Shown here: positions 35,118-49,195 of the stretch, piece after piece | Layout of the letters: every line of letters starts with the position of its first letter | Numbering within the stretch: the first letter of the stretch is position 1 | NCBI RefSeq assembly: GCF_006345805.1 | Contig: NC_042999.1 | Location: forward strand, 111,166,001 to 111,230,000 | From: Octopus sinensis | Lineage: Eukaryota | Direction of reading: 5' to 3' | Length of the DNA: 64,000 nt | Position numbers and translations under genes: made by a program | Notes under the pieces: generated by a model | The model's database searches: none | What the model saw: the letters and a program-made list of their open reading frames with translations, nothing else | What the model was told of the DNA's origin: nothing

Positions 35118-38100
35118 GTGTGTTGTGTGTGTGTGTGTTGTGTGTGTGTGTGTGTGTGTGCGTGCGTGCGTAATGTTAAATATTCTTGCCCCGAAATTAA
35201 GAGGATTTTCAAACTGTTCCAAAACTAATCAATAATCCCAATTGATTCTTATTATTATTTTCTTCTTCTTCTTCTTCTTCTTCTTCTTCTTCTTCTTCTT
35301 CTTCAAATAATCTCCAGTTTAAATTAATCACAAACACCTCAATAAAAATAGAAATAAACTGCACAGTGTGTTTTAAAAACACCTACAACAACACCTACTT
35401 CTACAACAACAACAACAACAACAACAACAACAGCAACAACAGCAACAGCAACAACGACTACGACAACGACGACTGCTACAGTTATTTATTTACTGTGTCT
35501 CCTTATGGCTGTTACATAACAAATAGTTAATTTGATTTGCAATGTGAGCAGAGTTGTGTTAATACCTTAACTAATCTAGTGACTTGGAAGTAGTGAGGCG
35601 GGCGCATAGGGGAAATAGTTCGCTAATAATTTAGATTATATCTCCAAGCTTAGTTTTAGAACGAGGAATCTAAAATGTATTTCGTGGAAGTCATTGAATG
35701 CTGCATGTGAGTGAGCCATTATTTACTGCTAGTTCAGAATAAGCAGTGTAAGCTTGCAAGAAACATTCCTCTTTCCAGTTACCCCACTGTCACCGCAAGA
35801 CTCATACATCAAATTAAGAAAGAACAGACATTTTTCTTCTCGCCATCATCGGAACTTTGACAAGTGTACAAGTCCAGCGAAGCAGCTACGAGGCGGCGGC
35901 TGCTGCTGCTGTTGTTGCTTGCTGGCCGTTAGGAAAGGCGATGTTAAGGGAGGTATGAGAGAGGGGCTAAAGTGGATGGAGGATGATTGCTGAACAAACA
36001 GATGCGTCTGCCCACTGCCCAGTGCTGCATGATCCCATAGGACAAAGTAATTATTGACATCTGACTCTCTCGCTCGCTTAATTTCATGTCAACATAAAAG
36101 TTGTCGAAAACATAATCCCTAATTATTCTTGCTAACAATCACTGGCGCAAGCCGGCCACAAACACGATATTACTTTAGCCACATACACTACAATAGGCCG
36201 TAAGACACTAAATGTACGTTAATGTGATTGACCAGCTTTGCACTTTATTGCCTGCAAATCCAAGCTAGAGATGACTGCTTAACAAATCGCTCTATTAGAT
36301 GCGGATCTAGAGAAAGAGAAGCAAAACAGCTCACCCGCTCGGTCTGTGTGCTGATAAAACAAGCCGACGATAAATAAATCAGCCGAATGGTAGGATATGG
36401 CAGTCTAAATAAGCCATTATAATTCAACAAATGGTTTGAAGAAGTGTAGGAAATGAACGGGAATCCATTGGACGATTCTGTTTATATCTCCACAAATCAT
36501 GATTTCAAAAATAAAGAAAATAATTTTACAATAATAATAATACATAAATGAACCAAACAAAACAAAAAGTGAAAAGGAACTATCAATGACTGGATTATGA
36601 ACATATTTCATCTGGCAACCTATTCAAATAGAGTTTAAACAATGTTTCAGTCTCCTCTATAAAGGTTTCTTCTTGCCTTCTTTAATGAACTAAGTGCAGG
36701 AAATCTTTTCAACTCTCACTTCCTACAAGCATTTTGAAAGCTATCATTCTTCTTATTAACTCAGTATCTCTCGCTGTTTGATTTCTTTGCTTGTTGCTCT
36801 GAACTATTGAGAAAGTTCACTCACCTAAATAAAGATCATTTATTATGGTGCAATATTTTCTAATTAATGCTGGATGATGATGAAAGAACATTTTACTTTC
36901 TTTCTTTTCTGTTTTTTCTTTTTTTTTTAATTTTTTGGTTATGGAACTCGAAAGAAAGAAAATAACCCAAATAAAATTACAACTTAATAAAATAAAATAA
37001 AATATAGTAAATTTTAACACAAAATTAAATTAATTTGAAATTGTATTTTTCAACGCGAAGCTTGGATTTCGTTCCGTTTTAATAGTATTCGAAACATTAA
37101 CTACTGAAAGAAAGAAAGAAAGAAAGAAAGAAACAAGAGGGAGAGGAAGATAGAGTAGTAAGAAAGGACAAAGAAAGAAATATATTAAGAGAGAAAGAAA
37201 GTAAGAAAGTAGAGAAAGCATAATAAATGGATGTTTCTATACTGTATTTTGAATTTACTGGACCCTTTAAGAGAATATTATCTCAGTATTGTCGAGATAA
37301 TTTCGATTTAGGCAAAGCTGTAAATATTATAGTTAATCGATGTCGGCTAGATATACACAGTCTGTAGACATTGGCTTAATAGATGCTACCTGTTGATATT
37401 GGGAAATAATGGCAAGATAGTCTATAGACCTGCAGATAAAACTATACGGTGTAGATGTTGATTAAATTATACATAGTCCCACGATGGAAATCATTGACTG
37501 TTAATTGTCTATTAAATAAGCAATGTCTATATAAATTATCAGCTAGATAAGAACAATGTGTAGATACTAAGATTGATCTGAGTCAGTAATAGGAGCCATC
37601 AGAGTGGTTGTTTGATATGCTAGAAATAACAGATATTCTTCAAATCACGCACACTTCTCTTTTAAAAGAATAGACACGTTAGATGTTTTATAAATGTGTC
37701 GTGTCTCAAAAGAAAAGAAAGGAAGAAAGAAAGAAAAAAGAAGCAATGTCATTCGAACAGTGATGGTCACTGTTCGTATGACTTTTAATCGTCTTTAAAA
37801 TAAAGAGATATATTGGATAAAAAGATAACATGAGAGAGAAAAGGGAAGAGAAACACTTGTAAGCTTGTAAGTATTGTTAGATTTCAGTATAGGCTTCAAA
37901 TCTTCTCAGTTGGCCAACTATGGTGCCTCACTGTGATGAGTTGACCGGCTAGCAACACCAGCTTCTGTCTTAAATGAGAAAGGATAAATTCGAGGAAATA
38001 TTGAAGATGTATTATGAAAAAAAAAAAAAACAGAAAAAGACTGGGTGGTCATAGATGACTCCCGTCTTTTTTTAGTTATTGTTTTTGGTTATTGTTGACA

Positions 38101-38404
38101 TGACTCATTGAAATCAAGCCTCAATTTATATAGCTCGCTCAATACATTATGTTGAGCTCTTGAACCAGAGACGTTGATAGTAATTATCAGTAAAATTGCT
38201 TCTTGATATTAAACAAAAGTTAAAAACAAATTGTTGCTATTATTTTCATTGACCTCAATAGGATTGAACTAAGAACGCAAAGAGCGGCAACAATAAAAGT
38301 AGTAACATTTTTAAGATGTCATAAAGTGCTAGATAAATTGTAGGGCTTATTTAATTGACTAGGAACTCTCACTTAATTTGTGGGCCTGTAACTATTCTAG
38401 TAAT

Positions 38405-38690
38405 CAAGGGTGATGAACTGGTACATTCTTTAGAGCATTAGATACTTCCACAGATTTATCCCAGGTCATTACATTTTGATTTCAAATACTATTCCAGCTA
38501 ACTTTATCTTGCATCTCCTATGGGATCGATTAAGTAAAGTACTAGTCAATTAGTGTGGTCAGTGTAATCAAATAACTCCACTACTGGTCTTGTGCCTGAA
38601 TTAGATACAATTATTATTATTATTATTATTATATTATTATTATTATATTATTATTATTATTATTATTATTAGTTTACATTATTATTATTG
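38405..38690 (+). mobile_element. Diverged SINE family B with (ATT)n tail
   Basis: GATGAACTGGTA..TTTTGATTTCAAAT..GGTCTTGTGCC then (ATT)n at ~38610-38690. Confidence 0.55.
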
Positions 38691-38864
38691 TTGCTGTTAT
38701 TGTTTTCTAGCTCTTTTCGTCCCTCATGCATCATAAAGCACCAGCCCACCTGGTAAGCAACAGATCTGATTTAATTGACTATTCCTTCCCACTAAATTCT
38801 GTGAATACTTTAGAAATTAAAGGAAATAGAGTGATAGAATTTTTAAAGTGTTCGGCGTTCAAAT

Positions 38865-41276
38865 CCCGCCGAGTCCAAGGAGATGTGTGTGGAATTTCAG
38901 CGGCACTTCGCTGAACTGTATGTGGCGCGCAGTGGTTTTGAGGACGGTGGTGAATTTCACCTCCTATCTCAGTGGTATTCCGCACCTCTCAGTCAGGGAT
39001 GCGGAGTTCTGTGAAATGCTGATAACAGCCGAAGATATACAGGCTGCAATGACGAGCTGCGCAAGAGAGAATTCTCCGGGTCTAGTATTCAAGCTTTATT
39101 TTCATATGCCAGACTTGTTTGGTGGTCTTTTGGTAGACGTTTACCACAACTGGTAGCAGAACAGAAGAATTCCCAGTGTTGTGAGCCGTGGTGCTGTTGC
39201 AGAAGGACCCGAACATAGGGAACAAAATTGATAATTTCTGGCCTATAACTCTGCTAAATGCAGATTATAAGATTTTGGTTTCGGTATTAGTCATGAGGCT
39301 GGCGCTTGTCATCGATAAGCTGATTGCTGACGCGCAGACCTGCACTATCCCAAACAGAACTATCCACAACAATCTCCACCTCATGCGTTACATCGTTGAG
39401 AGAGTGGGTAAGGAGTCTGGCATGGGTGTGGCCCTGATAAATTTCGATCAATCGAAAGCTTTTGATAGGATCAACTACCAATACCTGGAGGCTGTTCTCG
39501 CAGCAGCGAGTTTCTGTCCCATTTTTAGGGGCTGGATTGCTGCCATGTATATCTGTTCGGTGGTCAAAATAAATGGCCATCTATTGAAATCGTTTAGCAT
39601 CGCTGGTTCTTTCAAGGATGCCCACTCACGCCTTTTCTGTACGTACTAGCACTCGTGCCATTGATGCTGAATTTTTAGAGGGGTCTCCTGCGTCATCTAG
39701 GATGCGGTATTTTTGTGTTGGTTTACACGGACGTCGTCACCGTAATAGTGTCGGACATCTCGGAAATCGAGGTGGCCGGCACTGCTCTAAAGGGAATACG
39801 AAGCGGTGACACGAGCAAAGATTAATCAACAGAAGTCGGTGGGTCTGCAGCTCAGCACCTGGAGAGGCAGGTTCATGCCAACCGACAGCGTTGTAGGGCA
39901 CTGGACGGAAGGACCGGTTAAATTGCTCAGGATATGGTTTGTTCCGAACCTGCAATTGGAGAAGAAGTGGGGGGAGGTGACGAGCCGGGTAGCCATTCTT
40001 AGCCAAAAATGAGCAGAAAGGAAGCTGTCCCTAAAGAGTTGAGCACAGATGATAAATGCTTATACCACTTCTGTCATCTACTACTACCTGATCGTCGTTC
40101 CCTGCTCCACTTTATATCTGATGAATTTAGAGCGCTTGCTCTTCCACTTTCTATGGAAGGGACGTGTTACATTCGTCAGGCGGTCTATCTGCTGTCAACA
40201 GCCGCTGAGAGTAGGACTGGGCATGCCGTGGCTAATGCGCAGACATTCGCTGAGATAGCGACATCTCTAGCGTTTCCTCGACGTTGAGCAGGCGTGGTTG
40301 CCGGTGAGCAGGTGTGGTTGCCGTTCGGGACTTTCCGCAGCTCGTCTCATCGATGGATCTACAGCCCTGGGTCAAACGTAGTCCAAGAAAGGGCGCTTGG
40401 CACCTGAAGTGAGGGCAAGCGCTCACAGCTTTCTGCCAGTCGGGCAACGCGGTCGGTGGAAGTTCCACTATGGAGTTCTGTAGGGGATTATTGGAAGGAA
40501 AGAGCAACAACGTACTCAGGGAAACTCTGGGCGTCGGGAGGGATCCACTAACTAGTCTTTTTCGGAGGACTTTCGGGCCGGTGCCTATGGATAACTTCCA
40601 GAAATCCTTGGCTTAGTAGTGCTACCAGAGAGCCCTGCCTGTTCGAGACAAGCTCTACAGATATGGAAGTGCTATTAGACGGACCTGTCCGCAGTGTGTA
40701 CAGCTGTTGTCACGTGTAGGACGGATCCAGTTATCAGTCGAGTCCATTGTGAGGATCACCCCGCCGCCTTCTTTTGGCTGGGAGGGAAAGGCAGTTTCCC
40801 TCTGACTGGTGGCTATAGCGAAGAAAGTAATGTGATGTGCGAGGTTGAAGAGACTGAAGAGAGACACTTTCATCTTCGGCTGAGTCCACGTCGACTTTTT
40901 CAAGTTCCACTTAGAAAGGAAAGGGAGGGTAGAGAGGGAAGTACTGACCCCCCTAGTAATTTTGCTGAAAGGTGGGTGAATGTTGCGAAAATGGCTCGTG
41001 TGAATGGGCCTACTCTGAATATTCGTCTGTAAGCCAGAGCAGTTGAGGGGGAGTGAGGTGCCTACCTGGAGTGCCCTTGGCAGTCGGAGTGTCAATGATG
41101 TGTGGGTCGCCTTGGTTGGCCCTGCGTGCAACTCTCCCTATTGGGAATTTTATTAGATTTTTTGTTAACTGTTTTCGTTTGTTGTTGTTTACAGTTTTCT
41201 GTTTTAAATCCCACTCGTCCCTTGTTTTGTATTGTCCCTATATGTTTTTGTGCTCGGCTCTTGTGAACAATAAAGA
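38865..41276 (+). pseudogene. 5'-truncated, decayed Tx1-clade LINE (second subfamily)
   Basis: Fragments colinear with intact ORF2: EMCVEFQRHFAELY, NFWPITLLNADYKIL, INFDQSKAFDR, LGMPWLMRRHSLR, ERWVNVAKMARV..RL* (stop 41030-41032). Many indels; ends CAATAAAGAA then GGT(ATT)n. Confidence 0.92.
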
Positions 41277-41305
41277 AGGTATTATTATTATTATTATTAT
41301 TATTA

Positions 41306-41345
<40 letters not shown>

Positions 41346-41509
41346 TTCCTTTTTTCTTCAAATTTTCTTCCGTTTCTCACTGAATGTTTTCCGTACACCT
41401 AGAGCAAAGAAGCTCATTGTATGCACTCCCAGATTACGCACGCAAATTCACAGGTAAAATATGTATTTAAAAAAAAATAAATAAATAAATTCATGAATGG
41501 ATGTTGATT

Positions 41510-41681
41510 TCACAGTGATAATGCTCTTCTCAGTACATGAGTCGTTCTAGTTAACATGATTTTTTTGCACTTCCTGTAGGGCTGGTAAGCCTGGTATCAT
41601 TTTCAAATAGGTTTCAGTACCTTTTTTTCATCATTCCTAGAGATCCTACAATCACTGGTACTGTAGTCGCCTTGAGATGCC
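41510..41681 (-). pseudogene. Extreme C-terminal fragment of an R4/Dong-like RLE retrotransposon
   Basis: Minus strand HLKATTVPVIVGSLGMMKKG..KMIPGLPALQEVQK..HVLRRALSL* (cf. PxxxGxLG..IQKxxLxGTxxILR). 5' end abuts a ~150-bp (TAA)n tract. Confidence 0.75.
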
Positions 41682-41713
41682 TTATTATTATTATTATTAT
41701 TATTAGTAGTAGT

Positions 41714-41785
<72 letters not shown>

Positions 41786-44164
41786 ATTATTATTATCATT
41801 ATTATTGCTATTATTACCATTATTATTATTATTATTAATTAATTTATTTATTTGTTTATGTATTTATTTATATATTTATTTATTTTGAAAAACTAAGGGT
41901 GTTATATGATAGAAGTGGTAAAAGGTAAAGTAATACTCCGCTCGGTATTTAGAAATTCACCTTTCCAGTTCTGAGTTCAAATCCCTCCCGGATCAGTTTT
42001 GGTTTCATGCATCCCGAGTCAATAAGTTAAATGGCCGTCAATAAATATGTTTTCTACTTCCCTTTATGGTCTACTGAGAATGCTAAAATAAATCGTTATT
42101 ATGTTTGTTGGGAGACACTAGCTGAACTTTCTTGCCAACATTACTTCAAGGTCACAGAGTTAAAGACAAGGAAAACTGCAATTCTATGGTGTTCACGCCA
42201 TTTCTAATAGCATTAAAAGAAGAAGTAAAATGAAATGGTTTCAACCAGAAATCAAAACTGTTCACTAGAAGTTTTCCCCGTGCCTGCCTCAGTAGTATGA
42301 AGTACCAGTATCAAACATTAACCTCAATCAACCTTATTTATTAGTCTTCTCTCCCTTCATTGTCTCTGAGTATTTATCTTCCCATCTGGATCACTGGAAA
42401 CTTCAAATTCAAGTTCTTCTCAAGCAATGTTATATATTTAAAAAAAATTAATCTCCAAAGTTGTCGTCTTGTGTTGTAATCTCTTTAAATCTTTTAATCT
42501 TTCTGAATTTTTATCCATTTCGTTCCCAAACTCAGACCATAAGCATACGTATTTAACTCACTCCACTGCAATTGAAGAAAGAAATTGGGACAGATGGAGG
42601 CAGAGAACGGTAAAATACTAAAGAAATTCAAAGATAGTGGAAAGAAATCTTTAAAGAAAATACTGAGCAAAAAAAAAAAGAAGGAAAAGAATGAAACAGA
42701 TAGTAAAAGAAAAATGATAATACTGTGAACTTTAAATTCATTTCAATGAGTTTATAGAAAATCTTTTCTTCATTTAAAGTGATATATTTTTTACATTTTT
42801 TTTTATCATTCCTGCGTTGTAGTTTTATTTATTAATTTTTCTTATTTCGAATATTATTTTTCATTATTTTTTTCTTTTAGTTATTCACATCCCGCCATTA
42901 GCTTTGAATATTGTTTCTTTCTCAAGTGGTCTTAGATTCTTCAGAAGACTTGATCTTGAAAGAGCTGTAATGTTCTTTAAGAAGAAAATGTGAAGTTGGT
43001 ATGAGGATCTAAGAAACTGTGTTCGCGATTAAGGAGAAGACAGTTAAACAATTGTGGGCATCTAGGAAAAAAAAAAACAGACAGGAAGTTTACATGAGCA
43101 GTGTTACCTTGGAAACAAAAGAAGAGACTACAAATCGAGATGTAAGCATTGAGAATTTAAATTTAAAGCAATGTTGTTGAAATAAGATGAGTTTTCAAGA
43201 AATTTTCATGCGAGTTAACAACGATTTTCGAGTAGCCATATTAGTAATTTAGCTATCTGAGAAAAATCAGAATGAATGAACTATAAAAAAAAGATAAAAT
43301 AAAATAGAAAGGAATGAGAGATTGTAGTTAATTTTAGTTATCTGTGATAGTTTTTGCTGATATTAAAACCAACTTTGTGGAATACCCTTAGTTCGTTTTA
43401 GCCTCATGAGTCACTTTTTGTTAACAAGTTGAGTTTGAAAGTGCTTCTTTGCTTATACTATTTTGTTGGAACAAGACAACGCCAACGTCGTGAAAATAGA
43501 ACATAGAGATAGAGGTACTGAGCAATATAGTCTCCATATGTATATTCACCTCATCTTCTATAGAAAATTCTAAGCAAGCTTTTTTATATTACTTTGTCTA
43601 TGTTAATTGTAAAAAGCATGCTTGGAATACAATAATACAATAATAATTTTCCAAAATAGTGATTGGATCAGGCCTCTACAGTAAATTGGCAGAATGAAAA
43701 ATAACGTCATTTTTACTGAAATAATTATAAGAATTATTTGCCATATCAACAAAAAAAAATTCCCCTATACTTTGTTTCGAACAATTTAATACATAGTCAG
43801 GTATCTTATTTCTCTGCGTTTATAATCTTGCTGTTCAGGACCATTTACTTATAAACTAAGGGTGCATGCTTTAATGGAATAATGGATAAGAGTTTTGGTG
43901 ACATAGTTTAGAAATAATGGTTTCTAGTTCGACATCTAGTCTGGTACTATGTTAGTATCGAGGAATAAAATACCCGATGTTCGAAGATCAAACTAATCAA
44001 AACGATTGTATTTAAACATTGTTCTTATCTATTGACGAACTTAATAGCCTGATGAAATATAATTTTATTGATAGCAAATCAGTTCAGACATTTACGTATA
44101 CAATTAATGATTTTCATTGATCGATTTCAAAACGTGTAAAACTTCAACTGTACTTTCATAGAAT

Positions 44165-45037
44165 ACTGAAGGCACTTGTTAATCTCACAAGATCATGACT
44201 CTGTGCCTGGAAAGTTTTACATCGGTCTTGTTGTCAGAGCAAGGCCTATTGTGACTGTAGAAAATAAAATGTGACAGCCATAGCTACAGTGACTTCATTT
44301 AAAGGTGCCATCTGCCAGTCTTGCTTTTTTCGTCTAATTTCCTTTACTTCTTCAGCAATTCTCAGCCTCTCCTCTCATTTTTATAAACCCGTTTGTTTCC
44401 AGTTTGCAATCAACAGCAATGTCCTCCGACCATTTGACATTCGTGTAATGAGACTTGCGGACACCTTTGAAAAAAAGATGGGGGTTGCCTTTGAGTTCTA
44501 TTGTCGGAGGCCAGTTCACCATACAGCCGGTCTTTTGGGATCCTCTCATCTGGCATGTGGTGCACTTAGCCCAGTGAGAGGAGCATCGTTGCTGCAGTAG
44601 CATTTGCAGACCAGGTGTCTGCGCGTGAGCCATGATCACATTGCGATTTCATTAATTCACTTGATGTTCAGAATCCGTCTCGTGGTGGATAGGTTGAAGA
44701 CGTTGAAACGCCGCGCAGTGCACTGAGAATGCATGTTCTCCATATACTGTAACCTTTGTGTGTATGACAAAAACACACTCTCAAGACAGGTTTCCGTAAT
44801 GATGGGACTGGGGTATCGTGAGCTCGTGAACTTCCTCCATCTCAGTTGTAGAAGATAATGAGAGAAGACTCCTCGTATTGTTAGCTTGTTCAAAGGAGAT
44901 ATAAGTGACAGCCACAACTACAGAGGAATTTCCTTTCTGAGCATCGCTGAGGTCTTTTCTCGCATAGTTTAAAACAGACAATCGCTGAAAGTATATACTC
45001 GAGGTCTCAGCACCGCTTCAGATTAGAACGTCCAACA
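44165..45037 (-). pseudogene. RTE-clade LINE 3' fragment with an inverted 5' segment
   Basis: Minus strand 44165-44870: EVHELT.., RRFNVFNLS..RRILNI, LLQQR, HMPDERIPKDRLYGELAS. Plus strand 44870-45037: IVSLFKGD..NYRGISFLSIA..SQHRFRLERPT (RT N-terminal motifs). Confidence 0.8.
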
Positions 45038-46083
45038 AGTTACTCGTCCTTCTCCCTTCGACATTAAATGTTATGCAATGACTATCAAGTCTTTCGTAAT
45101 TCTGTGCCAATAAGTAACAAATGTTTATTTGCGCACTATAATGAAATGAGCGCGTAAGCAAAAAAAAAAGAAAAAAAACAGTTTTCACCATCGCCACTAC
45201 CATCAACAAGAACACAATCATCATGAACATCAACTTCATTGTCGTCGTCGTTGTCGTCATCATCATCATCATCATCAACATCATAATCATGTTGTTGCTG
45301 TCGACCTAGAAGGCTCTGCTAAAGCATTCTGAGGCAATTCCACTTTATTTTCTAAACACACTATAATCCAAACTGCATTCTCCAATGTAGCCTCCTTTGT
45401 TTTAAGATGCTCTCGTGTGGTTTGCGGGAGATTTGGTTGCTATTTCTAGCAGCTCAGGCTACTTGTTAGAAACGACTATGTCTATGTCTATTTGGTTAAA
45501 TAGCAGAAACACAACTGTCTCATATAATAACTGGAATTGTGTAAGTGCTCTCATAAAAAAAATCTATATATATATTCATAAAACAACAGCTCAAGGTATA
45601 TGAATTATAGGTACTTAGTTATTTATCATTTTTATATAACTAGAAGTCCCTTTAGTATTTCAATAAGATTTATAATATATTTTATTTTGTTCATTTTTCA
45701 TGTGTTTTAATTCCATCTTTACCGTTTTAATATGAATATGTTCGTCCACATCGCACGCGCACACATACACATACACAAGAAACCCAAAATAGTACAAACA
45801 CACAATTGAACGCATGAATGTATGTATGTATGCATTTCTGGGTGGATAGATGTATAAATTCTTTTTAAATATTTTAGGAGAACGTCATTATCAAAATATA
45901 AAAGAATATTAATTTACATTAAAATGGCTTAATATAGCAGTAATACCGTTTGATTGTTGGGACATGCCTACTTCAACTACTCGGAAAGCTCTAAGCGACT
46001 GTCTGTATGAACAGCAATGCGAGTACACCAGCTATCATGGAATCTCTGAGCCATGCCAGATAACAGTGGTTCTGAGTTTAGTA

Positions 46084-46424
46084 CAGCGGTTCTCAATCAA
46101 GGTCCATATAAGATTTGTGGAGGTCCAAGCAACAAAATAGTAAATTAATGATCCGCAATAGTATAAGGGCCCCTGAAAAAAAATGTTGTTTTAGATGTAT
46201 GTATTGGTATGTACTGCAAGAAACAACTTGGTTTTTTCTCTAACGTTTTACATAGTTCAACTTACACAGGTTAATGTGGGAAAAACAAAACAGGAATTTT
46301 GAACGAAATTTCTATAAAACGAGTTTTTAAGCATCGAATGGCTACGGGATGGGGTCGGGAGGGTCTACCAGAATAAAATAGTAATCAAAGAGGTCCATAG
46401 ATAAAAAATGGTTGAGAAGCTCTG
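46084..46424. mobile_element. hAT (Charlie-type) MITE
   Basis: TIR CAGCGGTTCTCAATC vs reverse complement CAGAGCTTCTCAACC (12/15); perfect 8-bp TSD GTTTAGTA at 46076-46083 and 46425-46432 with central TA. Confidence 0.85.
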
Positions 46425-46664
46425 GTTTAGTAGATACGATGCTGATGTAGCTGCAGGTCGTATGGAGGCAGTAGAAGGTGTAACAGAAGGCTAGAGAGAG
46501 GGTAAGCTGAGATATAAAATAAGTTCTACTGACTCTAATACCCACTGTTTTTGGTCGATTTACATTGGCTATAAGGAGGCTTTTGAACCTCTCTATATTA
46601 TATTGGTTTCAAATTTTGTCATGAGGCACGCAAGCTCAGTGCTGGGAGTTAGGCTATTACACTA

Positions 46665-47050
46665 ACCACAGTGCTTAAGTGGTATTTATTTTATCAACCC
46701 CGTAAAGGATGAAAAGCAAAGCCCACCTTTGCGAAATTTCAGCTTAGAACGTAAAGACAAACGAAATACCTATAAGCGTTTTTGTCCGACGTGCTAACGA
46801 TTCTGCCAGCTCACCGCTCTCACTCTCTTTTACATTGATTTCAAATTTTGGCACAAGACCAACGATTTCGAGGGAGGGGTAAGACTATTATGTTGACTCT
46901 AATATTCAACTGTTACTTATTTTATAGATCCCGAAAAGTATGACAGGCAAGGTCTGCCTCGGCGTCATTTGAACTCAGGACGTGAAGACGGATGAAATGC
47001 CACTAAGCAATTTTGTTCGACATGCTAACGAGATTTTGCTAGCTCACCGC
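46665..47050 (-). mobile_element. SINE family B, two tandem diverged copies
   Basis: Two reverse-oriented units, each with the ..AAGGATGAAA(A/G)GCAAAG.. body and ..GCCAGCTCACCGC head. Confidence 0.7.
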
Positions 47051-47454
47051 CATCTTCACTCTGTTTTATATTAAACAGGAAAGATATGAGAAACAGAGAG
47101 GAATGGTGATGAAATGAACGTCACTAACTTTAATAGTAGCTCACTTTGCATATTGTGAAAGCAAGAAAGATCGTAGGTTTTTTTTTATGCACTTGGCGAT
47201 AATTGAAACTGCAAGTGAGGACAGTGAGGAAGTTAAAAGGGGTATGGTTAATATGGTAATAAGTAATATTTGAGTAAAATTAATATACATGAGAGACTAC
47301 ACACACACACACGCACACATACATACACACATATATACACACAAATGTATATATATGTGTATGTATATACGTGAATTTATTTATATATATATGTATATAT
47401 TCGTGTATATATATATATTTGTAATATATACATAACTGTCAATCTCTCTCTTTC

Positions 47455-47490
<36 letters not shown>

Positions 47491-48689
47491 CATACCTATT
47501 ATATCTACTTATATATATGTATATATGCACACACATACACACACATATATATACCTATGCATTCATGTATGTATGTGTGTGTGCATATATATATATAAAC
47601 GTATGCATGTACAAATGCACACACATACGAGTGCATGTATGCATATATATATATATATATATACATGCAATCGCAAGCATATACATGCTCACAAACAAAT
47701 ATCTTCACTCACTTTCTCTCTCTCACGCACTCACACACACACACACACAGACATACACGCATACACACACACACACACACACACTTATATATATATGCAA
47801 AACATACACATCTTTATACATAAATGCATATATTTTACAAATATAAACAGTGTACATCTGACAAACACGCACATTCAAGTATGCGTGTATATTTATATAT
47901 TCGTATACCTCCGTACATATGTGTGCGAGGTGTGGGGCTGAATGTGCGTGTGCGTATGTGTGTGTGTGTAAGTGGGTGTGATATGCCTATATAAAGTTGA
48001 TAGACGTAGTGATATGAATATATTAAAAGTTATAAGAAATTAAGGCCTAAAAATAATATAATATGATATAATGCAAAATAATGGATCAAAACTTGCGTAT
48101 AATAAAAAGCGAATAATGAAATTTGCGATAAACGTAACGTTGTATATAATATTTCAGTTAGTGTTAAACAGTAAAGATATATTAAGTTTAAGTTTAAAAT
48201 TAAACATATAAAATAATACAAAATAATATAGAATGGTATAATGGATCAGAATATGTGTTTAATAAAAGGAAGATAAAAATCAATTAATATGCGATAAAGG
48301 AACCGTTGTACGAGAAAGGGTGGGCGGGTATGTGGGATATAGTGAATATTGTGGTAGGTGATAAGTGAGAAAAAAATTATAATTGGGAAACACACGTACA
48401 CACACTCATACTTCCACACATATTTACGTAGACATTTATGCATACGCATACACATTAGACACAAAATTGCTCAGATACATATTTATACACATAAAATGCA
48501 TAAAAATGTACATGCATATACATGTATACGCATGCATACTCATGCACATATATGCATACCAAGTCATATATATATATCATATCTATATGTATATATATCA
48601 AAATATATCTGTATACAAACACACACACATGTTGATAGCTATATGCATGCATGTATGTATGTATGTATGTATGTATGTATGTTTATGTT

Positions 48690-49195
48690 AGGTCACTTTC
48701 GAATGCTACTGGTAACATGTAACCCAGTACTACCTGTTGCGTGGTCGGCGACTAAACCGGCAACCCCACCAAGCTTGCTTGGTAAGGAGGGTGTTTATTG
48801 GTCACCCTGCGAAATGAAAAACAAAACTTGTCAAAGGGCGGAGGAACTCTTGAGAGTCAACGGCCATCCAATAAATGTCTTAAGGCTGTATCATGCGCGG
48901 GGACATAGAAATAATCGGACTGGATACCCGATCGCGCGGTTAAACCATTGGGAGTGAAGGACTCCTAGCCTTTGTTAGGGCATCCTTCTAGGAGAAGGTA
49001 ACTCAGGTAACTGGGATAACTCCGACATAAAACCTGCGGCTCAGTGGTTACCGATGATGTTGACTTGTTCTTCTTTTCGGATTATGGCTGCTGTTGCTTA
49101 GTGAGTGGGATTGACTCAGTGCACAGCCTTACCTCACTTTAAAAAATTCTTCTAGCACAGGCATTGCACGATAACAACATTGATTAAAATTCGTG
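48690..49195 (+). mobile_element. Interspersed repeat resembling an RTE-clade LINE 5' UTR
   Basis: GC-richer block between (TATG)n tracts containing GGCATCCTTCTAGGAGAAGGTAACTC, recalled from RTE 5' ends; no coding similarity seen. Confidence 0.35.

Noticed and set aside
36815-36830. Strong minus-strand splice-donor motifs (AG|GTGAGT here and at ~56633-56642)
   Set aside because: No accompanying acceptor or open exon could be supported; the second lies at the edge of an RTE remnant.
38610-38865. (ATT)n upstream of the second Tx1 copy as proof of target-site specificity
   Set aside because: The tract is the tail of a SINE-B copy ~170 bp away and not at the 5' junction; only the 3' (ATT)n abuts the LINE.
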